DNA from: an uncultured Clostridium sp.
GTDB lineage: Bacteria > Bacillota_I > Bacilli_A > RF39 > UBA660
Direction: 5' to 3'
Length of the DNA stretch: 52,957 nt
Assembly: GCA_964612605.1 (NCBI GenBank)
Contig: CAZTEJ010000002.1
Span: 1-52,957, forward strand
The notes below the pieces were generated by a model. That model saw nothing but the letters and a program-made list of their open reading frames with translations, ran no database searches and was not told where the DNA came from. This document shows positions 21,046-30,913 of this stretch, piece after piece. Within the stretch, counting starts at the first letter, position 1; each line of letters begins with the position of its first letter. Both the position numbers and the translations under genes were made by a program.

Positions 21046-21118
21046 CTATTTATTCTATATAAATATATCATATGATTTTTATTTTTACAATTGGGTTTCT
21101 ATGCATAAAAAATTAATA

Positions 21119-21328
21119 CTACATAAATGTAATATTAATATCTTTGCTTAATATATCTGTATATGAGTAACTTTTTTTAGTGTTGTTATTTTTGACAATG
21201 AAGACGTGACTATATATTTCACATATTTTTCCATAGAATATGTCTTGTTTGTTTCTATTTTCTTTTGATATTACTTTTACTTCTTGGTTAAGATGTTGTT
21301 GGATATCTCTTTTTATTGTTTCTATCAT
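21119..21328 (-). CDS. veg: Veg-like small protein
   Basis: IETIKRDIQQHLNQEVKV...YGKICEIYSHVFIV......SYSYTDILSKDINITF parallels B. subtilis Veg. Confidence 0.75.
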   Translation of the reverse strand: MIETIKRDIQQHLNQEVKVISKENRNKQDIFYGKICEIYSHVFIVKNNNTKKSYSYTDILSKDINITFM

Positions 21329-22104
21329 CTTGGATACCCCACGTACATTAATCCGTTTCCCATAAGGCCTCCCATTCCATTTGAACCGTATTTGGTTTTA
21401 TTTAATAATGTTATTAAGTCTATTTGTTTTGATTTATCAGTTAGGGCAAGTGTTGTTGCTATTATTGCTGGGTCAAGTGCATGAATATTAACGCGTTTTG
21501 GACTTGATGCGAAGTTTGCACCGCATTTGATTAGTTCTTCGTAGTCGCTTTGACATGCGCCTGCTATTATAACGAGTTTTTCGTGGTTTTTTTCGTATTG
21601 TCTGGCTTTTGTTACTGCTTCGCAGAAGTATTTTGAATTTCGGTAGTTTTCTAGGTTTGTTTTATCTTTTTTCTTTGAATTGTATGAATCGTGTCCGGTT
21701 ATTATGACTATATCTGGGTTGTATTCTTTTAGATATTTTATTATTTTATTTGGTATTTCTTCTTCTGATACTAGTTTTCCAATTGCTTGGAGTTTGTTTT
21801 TCTTGTAGTAATTAAGGCATTTGTTAATGTATGATTCGTCTGAGTCTATGTGAAGTACTTTTGCTGGTAAATAGAAGTAGGAATCTCTGTCTAGGGTTTC
21901 TTCTTCTATTTGGGTTTCGAATGTATCTATTTCTTTTTGATTGTAGGGTTCTAAATCTTCTAAGGGACTATCTGCGTAGAGTCTTATGTTTGTTCCTTTG
22001 AGGAATGCGATGTTTTTCTCTATGTTTATTACTTTAAATATTATATCGTTATTATAGCTTTTTCTTGTTACTAGTGAATGTATTTTTATATTCATTATTA
22101 CCAC
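21325..22104 (-). CDS. yabG: Sporulation-specific peptidase YabG (U57)
   Basis: DIVIITGHDSY, LVIIAGACQSDYEELI..GANFASSP and IHALDPAII are YabG-like. It is adjacent to veg, as in Bacillus. Confidence 0.8.
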   Translation of the reverse strand: MVIMNIKIHSLVTRKSYNNDIIFKVINIEKNIAFLKGTNIRLYADSPLEDLEPYNQKEIDTFETQIEEETLDRDSYFYLPAKVLHIDSDESYINKCLNYYKKNKLQAIGKLVSEEEIPNKIIKYLKEYNPDIVIITGHDSYNSKKKDKTNLENYRNSKYFCEAVTKARQYEKNHEKLVIIAGACQSDYEELIKCGANFASSPKRVNIHALDPAIIATTLALTDKSKQIDLITLLNKTKYGSNGMGGLMGNGLMYVGYPR

Positions 22105-22150
22105 CTATTAATTATATGTTTATATAAATAAAAAAAGCACTTTTTGTGCT

Positions 22151-22954
22151 TTATGCTACTAACCATTTGTGTTTTTTTACGCTGTATAGTGGGATTAATG
22201 GTAAAAGTATTGGAGTTTTTTTCTTGTATTCTTGGTATTTTTTATCTTTTCCATAGTTTTTATCTTGTCTTATTTCTAATCGTCTTGCTCCGCTAAACAT
22301 TACGTAGATAATTCCAACATATCCGATTATTGCGATTATGTATTGTCCTATAGATGTTAGTGCGGTTATTCCGCTTATGAATACGCCTGTCCACATTATT
22401 AATTCTCCAAGGTAATTTGGGCATCTAACAATTTTGTATAATCCGGTTGATACGAATGTATTGGGATTTATTTTTTTTGAATTGTTTTTTTGGATATCTG
22501 CTACTGCTTCTATTATTATTCCTAAAAGCATTACTATTATTCCTATAATTAATGATGTATTTGTTTGAACGTTGTTTATGTATCTATATATTAGTGGTGA
22601 GGTCATCATAAAGTATAATAAACCGCATGAGGTCCATAGCATCATTTTTAGTGGGATTGTCATATGACTTCCGTCTGATATTTCGTTTTTCATTTTGTTG
22701 TTGTAAGATGTGCTTTTTAATTCTCTGTATGCTAGGTATCCTGATAGTCTTATTCCATATAGGAATAGGATTATTGATGATATTATCATTCCTAGATCTT
22801 GTGTATCTTTGAATATAATTAGTGATGCTAGTCCGGTTATGCTTATTGAGAAACCGTAGCCAATTGATATAAACCATACGTATTTTTTAAATCCGATGGA
22901 ACTTACTAATAGTATTAGTAAAAATATTATTAATATTTGGGTTGTGTAAATCAT
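22151..22954 (-). CDS. DUF1295 / steroid-5-alpha-reductase-like polytopic membrane protein
   Basis: About 7 hydrophobic segments. YKIVRCPNYLGELIMWTG resembles the RHPNYFGE signature. Confidence 0.6.
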   Translation of the reverse strand: MIYTTQILIIFLLILLVSSIGFKKYVWFISIGYGFSISITGLASLIIFKDTQDLGMIISSIILFLYGIRLSGYLAYRELKSTSYNNKMKNEISDGSHMTIPLKMMLWTSCGLLYFMMTSPLIYRYINNVQTNTSLIIGIIVMLLGIIIEAVADIQKNNSKKINPNTFVSTGLYKIVRCPNYLGELIMWTGVFISGITALTSIGQYIIAIIGYVGIIYVMFSGARRLEIRQDKNYGKDKKYQEYKKKTPILLPLIPLYSVKKHKWLVA

Positions 22955-23035
22955 TTTTAATCCTCTTTTCTATTTTAATTATAATATTTTTTTATTTTTA
23001 TTTAAAGTTTATTTTGTTGTTTTGTGTAAAGTATT

Positions 23036-25225
23036 CTAATTTATATTAGATATGATTTGTTCTATAATGTGTTTGGTTTGGGCTGGTGTTTCGTTGTAAA
23101 GATCTACTCTGAAATTATTTATTCCTATGTTTTGGTATTCTTTTATTTCTTGGATTTTGTTTGTTATGTGATGATTTAAGATGTAACTTGTATGATTAGG
23201 GTAGTCTGTTATTATTGGGTATTGTTTGTTGTTTCTGTCTTTTAGTTGGTATGTATTATTTTCTTGGCAAAGGGTACATTGTTGTTGTTTATTGATGTTA
23301 TTTATTATGCAATTTTTCATTATCATAAGTTCGATTCTTCCGTAAATAAGTATGGCTGTGTTTGAGTTTGTATTTTGCATTATTTGTTTAATATCGTTGT
23401 AAGTGTTTTCTGGTGATAGTGTGACTATTTGATTGTATTTTTGGGCTATATCTAGAGAATAGTGATTTGTTATATTGAGGAAGTAGTCTGATATTTGATT
23501 TTTGTTTTTAATCATACTTGCGTATGATGTGTTCATGACTTTTCCTTGATATGTTTGATATGTGTAGTTGTTTCTAGGTATTTTATATATAAAATCTTTT
23601 TCTAGGTATTGTGGTTTGTCTACGATTATTTTTACTGGGTATTGTTTTAGTATTTCTATTTGTTCTTTGGTTCTAGCTAGTACTAGTATTTCTTTTGTTT
23701 TTGGGGGATTTTGATTTTGCTTTGTGTATGTTTGTTTTATATATTTTGGTTTTTCTATTCTTTTATTTGTAAGTTTGATTATTGCTTCTCTTCTAAGGTT
23801 GTTTAAATCTATGTTTCTTATGAATAGGTTATTATCTAGTTCGATATTTATTTCAGTTACTTGATATGGTGTGTTTCCGGTTTTGGTTAGACTTTTTGTT
23901 ATTTGTTCTTTTGTTATTGATGTGGTTATTGCTGGTTCTGGTTTGGGACCTATAACTTTTATTTTGTTATTATCATCTTCTATTTCTAGGATTATGTTTT
24001 CGTTAAGGTGGGAGGTGAAATTCATTTTTATATTTATTTTTTTGGTTATTATTTTTTCTGGAATGTATTTTGGTGAGGTTATGTATATTTCGTCTTTGGT
24101 TGTTAAATTAAGAAAGTTATCTATATATATTGTATCATTTTTATATGCTTTATTTATTAGATTATCTTTTTTATCATAGATGTAGTTTAGTGTTATTCCT
24201 TTGTTATGTTGTTTGAAACGAATACTGTCGAATTGATGAAGGTCTTCGGCGAGTTTTATTTCTATTTTTTTGGGTGTTATATTTGTTATTTTTCCAGCAT
24301 ATAGTCCAATGTGGTTTGATGATTTTTGATTTATTATATTTTTGTCATTAAATAAGTTACCGGTTGTATATTCTCTATAGAAAATTGATTTTAATTGTTT
24401 TATGTATTCTTCTGGCACTGTTGGTTCTATATTATTTTCGTAATCGTCTATTAGTTTGCGATATATTTTGGTTACTATTGCTACGTATGCTGGGGATTTC
24501 ATTCTTCCTTCTATTTTAAATGAGTAGATGTTGCTTTTCATTAATTCTTTGAATTTATCTATTGTGCAAAGGTCTTTTGGACTTAAAAGATAATCTCCGA
24601 TTGTTGGTTCTGTCTCATTATTTTTTAATATTTGGTATTTTAATCTACACATTCCGGCGCACTCTCCTCTGTTTGCGCTTCTGTTTAGAATGAATTTTGA
24701 GTAGTAACATTGTCCTGAGTAGCTTATACAAAGGGAACCGTGTATGAATACTTCTTTTTGCATTTTTGTTTTTATGTTGTTGATTTGTTCTAGGGATAAT
24801 TCTCTAGCAAAAACAATTCTTTTGATACCTAGTTCTTCTAGTAGTTGGATGTTGTCTTGGGAATGGTTATGCATTTGGGTTGAGGCATGTATTTCTAGGT
24901 TTGGGAATGTTTCATGTGTTAGTTTGATTAGTCCAATATCTTGCATGATGATGGCATCTACTCCTATTTGATGAAGTTGTTCTATGTATTCTAATGCTTC
25001 TTGGATTTCTTGTTCATATATTAATGTATTAACTGTAATGAATATTTTTACTCCGTATTTATGACATGTTATTGTTGCTTGTTCTATTTCTTCTAGTGAG
25101 AAGTTTTCAGCATATGCTCGGGCACCGTATTTTTTTCCGGCTAGGTAGACTGCGTCTGCTCCGTTGTTTATTGCTGCTATTAGGGATTCTTTGTTTCCTA
25201 CTGGTATTAATAGTTCGTGTTTCAT
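23036..25225 (-). CDS. U32-family protein (collagenase-like peptidase / RlhA-TrhP-type)
   Basis: ELLIPVGNKESLIAAINNGADAVYLAGKKYGARAYAENFSLEE, then IHASTQM and EGRMKSPAYV. Confidence 0.85.
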   Translation of the reverse strand: MKHELLIPVGNKESLIAAINNGADAVYLAGKKYGARAYAENFSLEEIEQATITCHKYGVKIFITVNTLIYEQEIQEALEYIEQLHQIGVDAIIMQDIGLIKLTHETFPNLEIHASTQMHNHSQDNIQLLEELGIKRIVFARELSLEQINNIKTKMQKEVFIHGSLCISYSGQCYYSKFILNRSANRGECAGMCRLKYQILKNNETEPTIGDYLLSPKDLCTIDKFKELMKSNIYSFKIEGRMKSPAYVAIVTKIYRKLIDDYENNIEPTVPEEYIKQLKSIFYREYTTGNLFNDKNIINQKSSNHIGLYAGKITNITPKKIEIKLAEDLHQFDSIRFKQHNKGITLNYIYDKKDNLINKAYKNDTIYIDNFLNLTTKDEIYITSPKYIPEKIITKKINIKMNFTSHLNENIILEIEDDNNKIKVIGPKPEPAITTSITKEQITKSLTKTGNTPYQVTEINIELDNNLFIRNIDLNNLRREAIIKLTNKRIEKPKYIKQTYTKQNQNPPKTKEILVLARTKEQIEILKQYPVKIIVDKPQYLEKDFIYKIPRNNYTYQTYQGKVMNTSYASMIKNKNQISDYFLNITNHYSLDIAQKYNQIVTLSPENTYNDIKQIMQNTNSNTAILIYGRIELMIMKNCIINNINKQQQCTLCQENNTYQLKDRNNKQYPIITDYPNHTSYILNHHITNKIQEIKEYQNIGINNFRVDLYNETPAQTKHIIEQIISNIN

Positions 25226-25935
25226 TTTTTTACTTCCTTTTGATTATATAATTCTTCGTATTTTTGATTGGTTAATGAGTATTCGTTAGTTGGTTTTAAC
25301 AGTGTATTAAGGTATATTTCTTCTGTAATGTTTGAATTTGGTATTTTATTGTTTTGAAGTATTGTTCCTTGTTTTGAATAATAAAATGAGTCGCAGTATT
25401 GTTTGGCAACTGATGGGGTTAGTTCTATATATCCGTTTTGAATAATTTGTTTTGCGATGGTTTTTCCTTCTTGGGTTTGGGTTATGTAGTATCCTGGATC
25501 TGGAGATTTTAATATCATATTTTCATATATTATGAAATTGTTTTGGGTGCAATTTTCTTCTTGAAAAAATTGACAGTATGTTGGGTCTACTAGATATGTT
25601 TTGTTAGGCATTTTAACAATTAAAAATGAGTGTCCTGGAGTGGTTGATGTTATTGTTTTATGTGTTTCTTTGGGAAATGTGGTAATGTTTAGTTTTTGGA
25701 GGTATTTTCCTAAAATGTATTGTGTATAGTCGCATTTGTTTGTTAATGGGTTATTATATGCATCTATTTGAAATTGGTTTGATATTTGTTCTAGTGTTTT
25801 TTGGATTGCATATGTTAATAGTATTTGTTCTTCTTCTATGGTTAGTGTTCTTGTTAAAAGGTATTTATCTATTATTTTATTTATATTTGTTTGATTTATT
25901 TCTTTTTTTATATATTTATTATTTGTTATTAACAT
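25222..25935 (-). CDS. Hypothetical protein with a possible transglutaminase-like Cys-His-Asp fold
   Basis: NKCDYTQYILGKYL ... PGHSFLIV......YLVDPTY has the spacing of a C/H/D triad. Its stop overlaps the U32 start (ATGA). Confidence 0.3.
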   Translation of the reverse strand: MLITNNKYIKKEINQTNINKIIDKYLLTRTLTIEEEQILLTYAIQKTLEQISNQFQIDAYNNPLTNKCDYTQYILGKYLQKLNITTFPKETHKTITSTTPGHSFLIVKMPNKTYLVDPTYCQFFQEENCTQNNFIIYENMILKSPDPGYYITQTQEGKTIAKQIIQNGYIELTPSVAKQYCDSFYYSKQGTILQNNKIPNSNITEEIYLNTLLKPTNEYSLTNQKYEELYNQKEVKK

Positions 25936-25990
25936 TATTATCGCCTCTTTTATAGTATATCATTATTTAAATAGAAAAAAATTATGATTT

Positions 25991-27565
25991 TTATTTTAAA
26001 TCATAATTTCCTTTTGATATTGTATCTTTTGTTAATTGTAATGTTTTGTATTTGGTTGGATTTGATAGTATTTCGTATTCTATATCTAGAAATGAGTCTG
26101 ATATTATATTATTTAAGTCTCGAATGCTTTGTTCATGTGATTTTAATTCTTCTATTATGCTTCTTGCAAATTCTTCATCTCCTTGAATGGTGATTCCGAA
26201 CTGGTTTTTAAATCTTTCTTTTTTTAGTAGATATGTGCTTAGTTTTGAGTATAGTATTATTTTTATTTTATCTTCGTCTGTTAAATTTTGGTATGGGATA
26301 AAGTGATTAAATCTAGTTAATAATTCAGAAGAAAAATATCCTTTTTTAACTAGTAGGTTTTTATCAAATTGTTCTTGGACTGTTTCTTTGGAATCAAAAC
26401 CGATTGTTGCTTTATCTTTTTTATATGCTTCTGTAAAGGTTCCTAAACATACTTTTGATGACATTGTTGTATTATATATTTGGGTTTGCTTCATTTGTCT
26501 TACGATTGGGAATCTTCCACCTTCTAATACTTTTAGAAAGATATTAGTTAGTGAGGTCTTTGTTTCAAGACTATCTATTCCTAGTTTATCAAATTCATCG
26601 AATACGATAATTGCTTTTTCTGCTAGTTTTATATCTCCTTTGCACTCTTCTATTAGGGTGGAAAATTCGTCTTCTATTGTTGTTCCTACTATTCCTTCTG
26701 GTACTAGGTTTATTGTATTTATATTTTTGAATGGGATGTTAAAGTATTTTGATGCTGTGTTGAATGTTGCGGTTTTTCCGGTTCCTGTTGGACCTGGGAT
26801 AAGGATTGATTCTGTTCCATAAATTGGGTTTGAATAGTAATTCATTAGTAGGATTGTTGCAATTTTTTTTAGTTCTTTATCGTGTCCAATTATGTGTTGT
26901 TTAAGGTATTCGTATAGTCCTTGGACTGTAAATTCTGAACTATTTATTTCTGGGGTATTTGTTTTATTTTTTTCTTCTATTAGCGTTTGTTCTGTTTTGA
27001 ATGGTAGGTTTGTTGCTGATATTTCTTTTGTGTTGGTTAGTTCTAGATATGAAAGGTTTAATTTTTTGTTGATTGTTTTGAATTTTGTAATTGCGTCTTT
27101 ATATCCTTGTAGTATGTCTTCTATTGGTTTTGTTTTGGATAATTCAATTATTTCTTTAATTCTATTTTCGTTAAGTATTACGCTTGATTCTCCACTGATT
27201 ATTGAGAATAGATCTAGTTTTTCTTCGTTTTCTGATAATAAGTATGGACTTAGAACTACGATTTTTCCATCATAAGCTAGTAGGAATTTTTCTTTTTCTT
27301 CCATATCAAATAGTTCGATTGCTTCTTCGTCTGTGAAATCGTTTTCTATTGTGTACATTTCTTTTATTTCTTCGATGGTATGTGCTGGTCCTACTATGTA
27401 TTTGCTATCGAATGTGGTGTCTGTAATGTATGTATATGTTGTTTTATTTGTTATAAATGTATTGTCTTTTATTTCTCCCTTTACTATATTTTTAGGTATT
27501 AATATATTTGTTTTTTCATCTAATGTGATGTTTTGATATTTCATTGCGTATTTCATTTTCAACAA
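25991..27565 (-). CDS. ClpX-family AAA+ unfoldase paralog with an unrecognised ~230-aa N-terminal domain in place of the zinc-binding domain
   Basis: Collinear with E. coli ClpX: Walker A PGPTGTGKT, pore loop EGIVGT (ClpX has GYVG), Walker B IIVFDEFDKL, LKVLEGG, an IGF-loop equivalent ATIGFDSKE, and ELLTRFNHFIPYQNLT. Confidence 0.8.
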   Translation of the reverse strand: MLKMKYAMKYQNITLDEKTNILIPKNIVKGEIKDNTFITNKTTYTYITDTTFDSKYIVGPAHTIEEIKEMYTIENDFTDEEAIELFDMEEKEKFLLAYDGKIVVLSPYLLSENEEKLDLFSIISGESSVILNENRIKEIIELSKTKPIEDILQGYKDAITKFKTINKKLNLSYLELTNTKEISATNLPFKTEQTLIEEKNKTNTPEINSSEFTVQGLYEYLKQHIIGHDKELKKIATILLMNYYSNPIYGTESILIPGPTGTGKTATFNTASKYFNIPFKNINTINLVPEGIVGTTIEDEFSTLIEECKGDIKLAEKAIIVFDEFDKLGIDSLETKTSLTNIFLKVLEGGRFPIVRQMKQTQIYNTTMSSKVCLGTFTEAYKKDKATIGFDSKETVQEQFDKNLLVKKGYFSSELLTRFNHFIPYQNLTDEDKIKIILYSKLSTYLLKKERFKNQFGITIQGDEEFARSIIEELKSHEQSIRDLNNIISDSFLDIEYEILSNPTKYKTLQLTKDTISKGNYDLK

Positions 27566-27709
27566 CTCTTTCTTTTTTATAAATTGTTTCTAGTATATCA
27601 CTTTGATTTTGATAAGTAAATATAAATTTTCTTTGTGTTAAGAAATAAATTAGTTGCGTTTGAAATAATATTAATATCAATGCTTTCTTGAATTAAATTT
27701 TATACTATT

Positions 27710-28405
27710 TTATTCTTCAATTGCTGCTTCTATTAGTGTGTTTTGTTGCATTAATTTGTCTGTTTCTTCAAGCATAATATCTATAAATTTTGGATTTTTA
27801 TTTTCTTCTCTTATGATTTTTTTGTATTTGTTTATAGTATCATCGTTAGGTAATGTATCTAGTTCTTTATTGTTTAATCCAAGCATTATTAAATATTTAC
27901 TTTTAGTAATTTCTTCAATATTATTGTCATATCATGCTTTGATATAGTAATCCATATTGATATTATAAATTCTGAAGTTATCTATAAAATCTGGTTCGTT
28001 ATCTTGATTTATGAATCTATATTCTTTTCTTTCTTTTTCTTCTGGACCTAATCCCCAAATAAGATTTATTTGAATTATATTCTTTTTATATATTTCATTA
28101 TTGTTGTATAAATTTTTGTAAACATTAAATATATAAGATGCATTTCTAGCTGGAATAAAATTATCATTATGGCAGTTAATATTGATTATATTATTTTCTG
28201 TTTGTACTAGAATATATCCTCTTTTATCTTCAACTTCCATATTATCATAATATACTTTTGAATTTATTATTTTTATATTATTTAGGTTAGTTAATAATAT
28301 ATTTTCTAATATTGTTTTTAAAATATCAACGTTATTTTGATTTGAAAAAATCATTTTAAATGCTTTGCTATATTCACAGGTATAAAACATGTTGTAATTG
28401 GTCAT
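27710..28405 (-). pseudogene. Rpn/YhgA-like PD-(D/E)XK 'transposase-like' protein interrupted by an in-frame TGA
   Basis: AFKMIFSNQNNVDILKTILENIL...DKRGYILV.....NININ fits the family N-terminus. After the TGA at 27934..27932 the same frame stays open for 73 more codons (YDNNIEEITKSKYLIMLGL...IEAAIEE). Confidence 0.5.
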
Positions 28406-28505
28406 TTTTATTCACCTCCTTTCGTCAAAAATACTTTAGCATATGTCAAAATATAACGCAAAAAGCTGATTTTGAAGATCTGAGGTGAAAATCATACAGA
28501 TTATA

Positions 28506-28545
28506 TAAAAACTGCCTAGCAGATTTTATATAATCTTCTAGGCAG
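28506..28545 (-). terminator. Rho-independent terminator downstream of the YtxH gene
   Basis: Stem ctgcctag/ctaggcag plus an inner agatt/aatct pairing, followed on the minus strand by a T-run. Confidence 0.65.
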
Positions 28546-28587
28546 ATTTAGAAATTTCATATGTTTTAAATTTTTTTAAATATTTCA

Positions 28588-28980
28588 TTATTTTGTTTCT
28601 AATTTGTTAATCATTTCGTTCAAAACTTCTACTGTTTTTTCTTTAACGTCAGCTGCTGCTTTTTCTAGTACAGGGGTTCCTTTTTCTACTGCAAGGTTGT
28701 ATAGTTCAGTTGCTTTTTTCTCAATTTCTTTTCCTTTTTTCTTTACTACTGAAACTACTTTTTCTTTGTCTAAATCTTTTAATTCTTTTTGAATGTCTTC
28801 AATTGATTTTTCAATTGTGTTTTTAACATCTTCGTATTCAATTTCTTTTGCGTTATTCCATAGTTCTTTCATTTTGTTTGTTAATTCTTTTCTTGTGTCT
28901 TCCCCTTTTTTTGGTGCAAATAGGACTCCTAGGGCTGTTCCTATAGCAAGTCCGGTAAATAATCCAGATTTTTTATTCAT
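28588..28980 (-). CDS. YtxH domain protein
   Basis: GLFTGLAIGTALGVLFAPKKGEDTRKEL followed by a long charged helix. Confidence 0.8.
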   Translation of the reverse strand: MNKKSGLFTGLAIGTALGVLFAPKKGEDTRKELTNKMKELWNNAKEIEYEDVKNTIEKSIEDIQKELKDLDKEKVVSVVKKKGKEIEKKATELYNLAVEKGTPVLEKAAADVKEKTVEVLNEMINKLETK

Positions 28981-29260
28981 ATAAATCGTCTCCTTTTTCT
29001 TTTTTATGATTACTTAGTTTTTCAATTATGCTTGTTATTATTGTACCTATTTTGTCTGTTACAAATGTTAATTTATTTGATACTAAATCAAATATTGAAA
29101 ATATTGAATCAAGTGTTTTAACTTTTTTGGTTACATCGTCAACTAAATTATCAACTTTGTCTATTGTTATTATAAGTTTTATTCCTAATATTATTCCAAT
29201 TATTATTAAGATTATTAATAATATATTAATAAATATTGGTAATAGTTCTACTAATGTCAT
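28973..29260 (-). CDS. DUF948-like membrane protein
   Basis: One N-terminal TM helix and a coiled region (VDNLVDDVTKKVKTLD). It precedes YtxH, an arrangement I recall as common in Firmicutes. Confidence 0.65.
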   Translation of the reverse strand: MTLVELLPIFINILLIILIIIGIILGIKLIITIDKVDNLVDDVTKKVKTLDSIFSIFDLVSNKLTFVTDKIGTIITSIIEKLSNHKKEKGDDLYE

Positions 29261-30081
29261 TCTTCTTCACCATCTTTTTCTTCATACATTGAATCTATAA
29301 GGTTGAATAGATCTTTTTCTAATGTATCTTCTTCATTTATTTCGTTTGGTTCTTCACTTAATTCATCTATAATATTATGTTCATTTATTTCTAAATTATT
29401 ATTTTCTTCTATTTCTGGAAGTATTTCTTCTTCTAATGTTGGTTCTTCAACTACTGGATTATTGATTAAGATTTCATCTAGTGTTTTTAATGGTTCTTCG
29501 AATTCGTCTTCTTCTTTTTGTTGTTCTAATTTTCTTTTCTTTTCATAAGCTTTTTTTCTAACTTCTTCTAGAGATGGACTTTTTACTCCGGTATCTGTTT
29601 TAACAATTACATCATCTTTTGTATAGTTTTGATTTAATACTCCATAAACTGGTGATATTACAGGTGATGGTGTGAATTGTTTTCTTTTTTCTTCTCTTTT
29701 TGGTTGTAAATATTTTGAATAGTCTCTTGGTGCATCGTTTTTTCTTTCTGGTTCTTTTACAATATACTCTTCTCTGTTTCTTCTTGGGGTATCGAAGTCA
29801 TCGTCAAATAAACTTCTTGTAGTTGTGTTGTAATTTTTTGATTCGCTACGAATGGTTTCTCTTCTTGTTATTATTTCGTCTTCAAAGTCCATAGGAAAAT
29901 TGAAGTTATTTTTTGGTTCTTCAATAACTTCTGGAGTTCTTTCTTTTGTTTCGTTTGGCATTTTTACTTCTTTTATTGGATTTTTGTCAATTACTGGATT
30001 TGATTTGTTTATTATTGGGGTTGTTTCTTCTTCTTCTTCGATATCAAATAGTACGTCTTTTATTTTTTTTAATACACTCAT
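29257..30081 (-). CDS. Hypothetical highly charged (Glu/Lys-rich) protein
   Basis: 274-aa ORF with overlapping start/stop junctions to both neighbours. No family recognised. Confidence 0.5.
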   Translation of the reverse strand: MSVLKKIKDVLFDIEEEEETTPIINKSNPVIDKNPIKEVKMPNETKERTPEVIEEPKNNFNFPMDFEDEIITRRETIRSESKNYNTTTRSLFDDDFDTPRRNREEYIVKEPERKNDAPRDYSKYLQPKREEKRKQFTPSPVISPVYGVLNQNYTKDDVIVKTDTGVKSPSLEEVRKKAYEKKRKLEQQKEEDEFEEPLKTLDEILINNPVVEEPTLEEEILPEIEENNNLEINEHNIIDELSEEPNEINEEDTLEKDLFNLIDSMYEEKDGEEE

Positions 30082-30082
30082 T

Positions 30083-30727
30083 TTAATTCTCCTTTATTAA
30101 ATCATAATCTGGAATTTCTTCCTCATTATAATTGTCGTATTCTTCTATTACTTTTAAGAAATTTGAGTCATCTGATTCGGTTTCAAATAGACTAAATGTT
30201 TCTTCTGTATAGTTTAATATATCGTCTTCTAGCATGTTTTTTATTATTTCATCTGTGTAATCTATGGATGTAAGTATTATTAAACTATTAACAATAGATG
30301 TGTATATGTTGCTTTCATCTACCATTAATTCTATTTTAGCATAATTATACATTATTTCAATTAAATATTTATCATTTTTTTGATTTACTTCAATATAACC
30401 TGTTTTATTGTCGTGATTAATTGTTTTGCTAATAAGTGCTTTGGAGTTAGTTTTGTAATTAAATTCGGTTTTGTTGTAGTAGCTTATTATATCTACGAAC
30501 ATATAGTAATTAAGGTTATTTTCTGTTAGTACAACGTTTTTCCCATATGAATTTTTGATAATAATATTGGATGGGAGATAAAATTTATAACCGTTTTTAT
30601 ATGTGTTTGGATGTTTATTTTCACTTGACACTATTTGGTCAACTAGTTTATCAACATTTTGTTGTTCTATTTTAGTACATCCTGACAATAGAAGAAGTGA
30701 TATTATTAATAATATTATTTTTTTCAT
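30083..30727 (-). CDS. Putative lipoprotein
   Basis: Signal peptide with lipobox: MKKIILLIISLLLLSGC. Confidence 0.7.
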   Translation of the reverse strand: MKKIILLIISLLLLSGCTKIEQQNVDKLVDQIVSSENKHPNTYKNGYKFYLPSNIIIKNSYGKNVVLTENNLNYYMFVDIISYYNKTEFNYKTNSKALISKTINHDNKTGYIEVNQKNDKYLIEIMYNYAKIELMVDESNIYTSIVNSLIILTSIDYTDEIIKNMLEDDILNYTEETFSLFETESDDSNFLKVIEEYDNYNEEEIPDYDLIKEN

Positions 30728-30793
30728 TTTTTAAACCTCAATATAATCATATCACAAAAAAATGATTGTATAAAGAAAAAGTTGATATTAGAA

Positions 30794-30830
30794 AAGAGTA
30801 TACAAGCCTTTCTAATCCTTGTATACTCTT
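30794..30830 (-). terminator. Hairpin terminator downstream of the secreted-protein gene
   Basis: 13-bp stem aagagtatacaag/cttgtatactctt with an 11-nt loop. The T-tract on the minus strand is weak. Confidence 0.5.
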
Positions 30831-30913
30831 CTGGACATTTCATACCTGTCGGTACATTCATAATAAAGGAAACAATATTTTACATATAATTCTTTCATCT
30901 TAATCCTAGTTGT

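Noticed and set aside
22584-22877. 97-aa same-strand alternative-frame ORF inside the DUF1295 membrane-protein gene
   Set aside because: It is fully nested in a longer ORF with a coherent TM topology. Its Asn/Ile/Arg-rich translation looks like an out-of-frame artefact.
29257-30081. The N-terminus MSVLKKIKDVLFDIEEEEE as a SepF-like cell-division protein
   Set aside because: Only the first ~15 residues resemble the SepF amphipathic start. The conserved SepF C-terminal domain pattern is not visible, so it is left as hypothetical.
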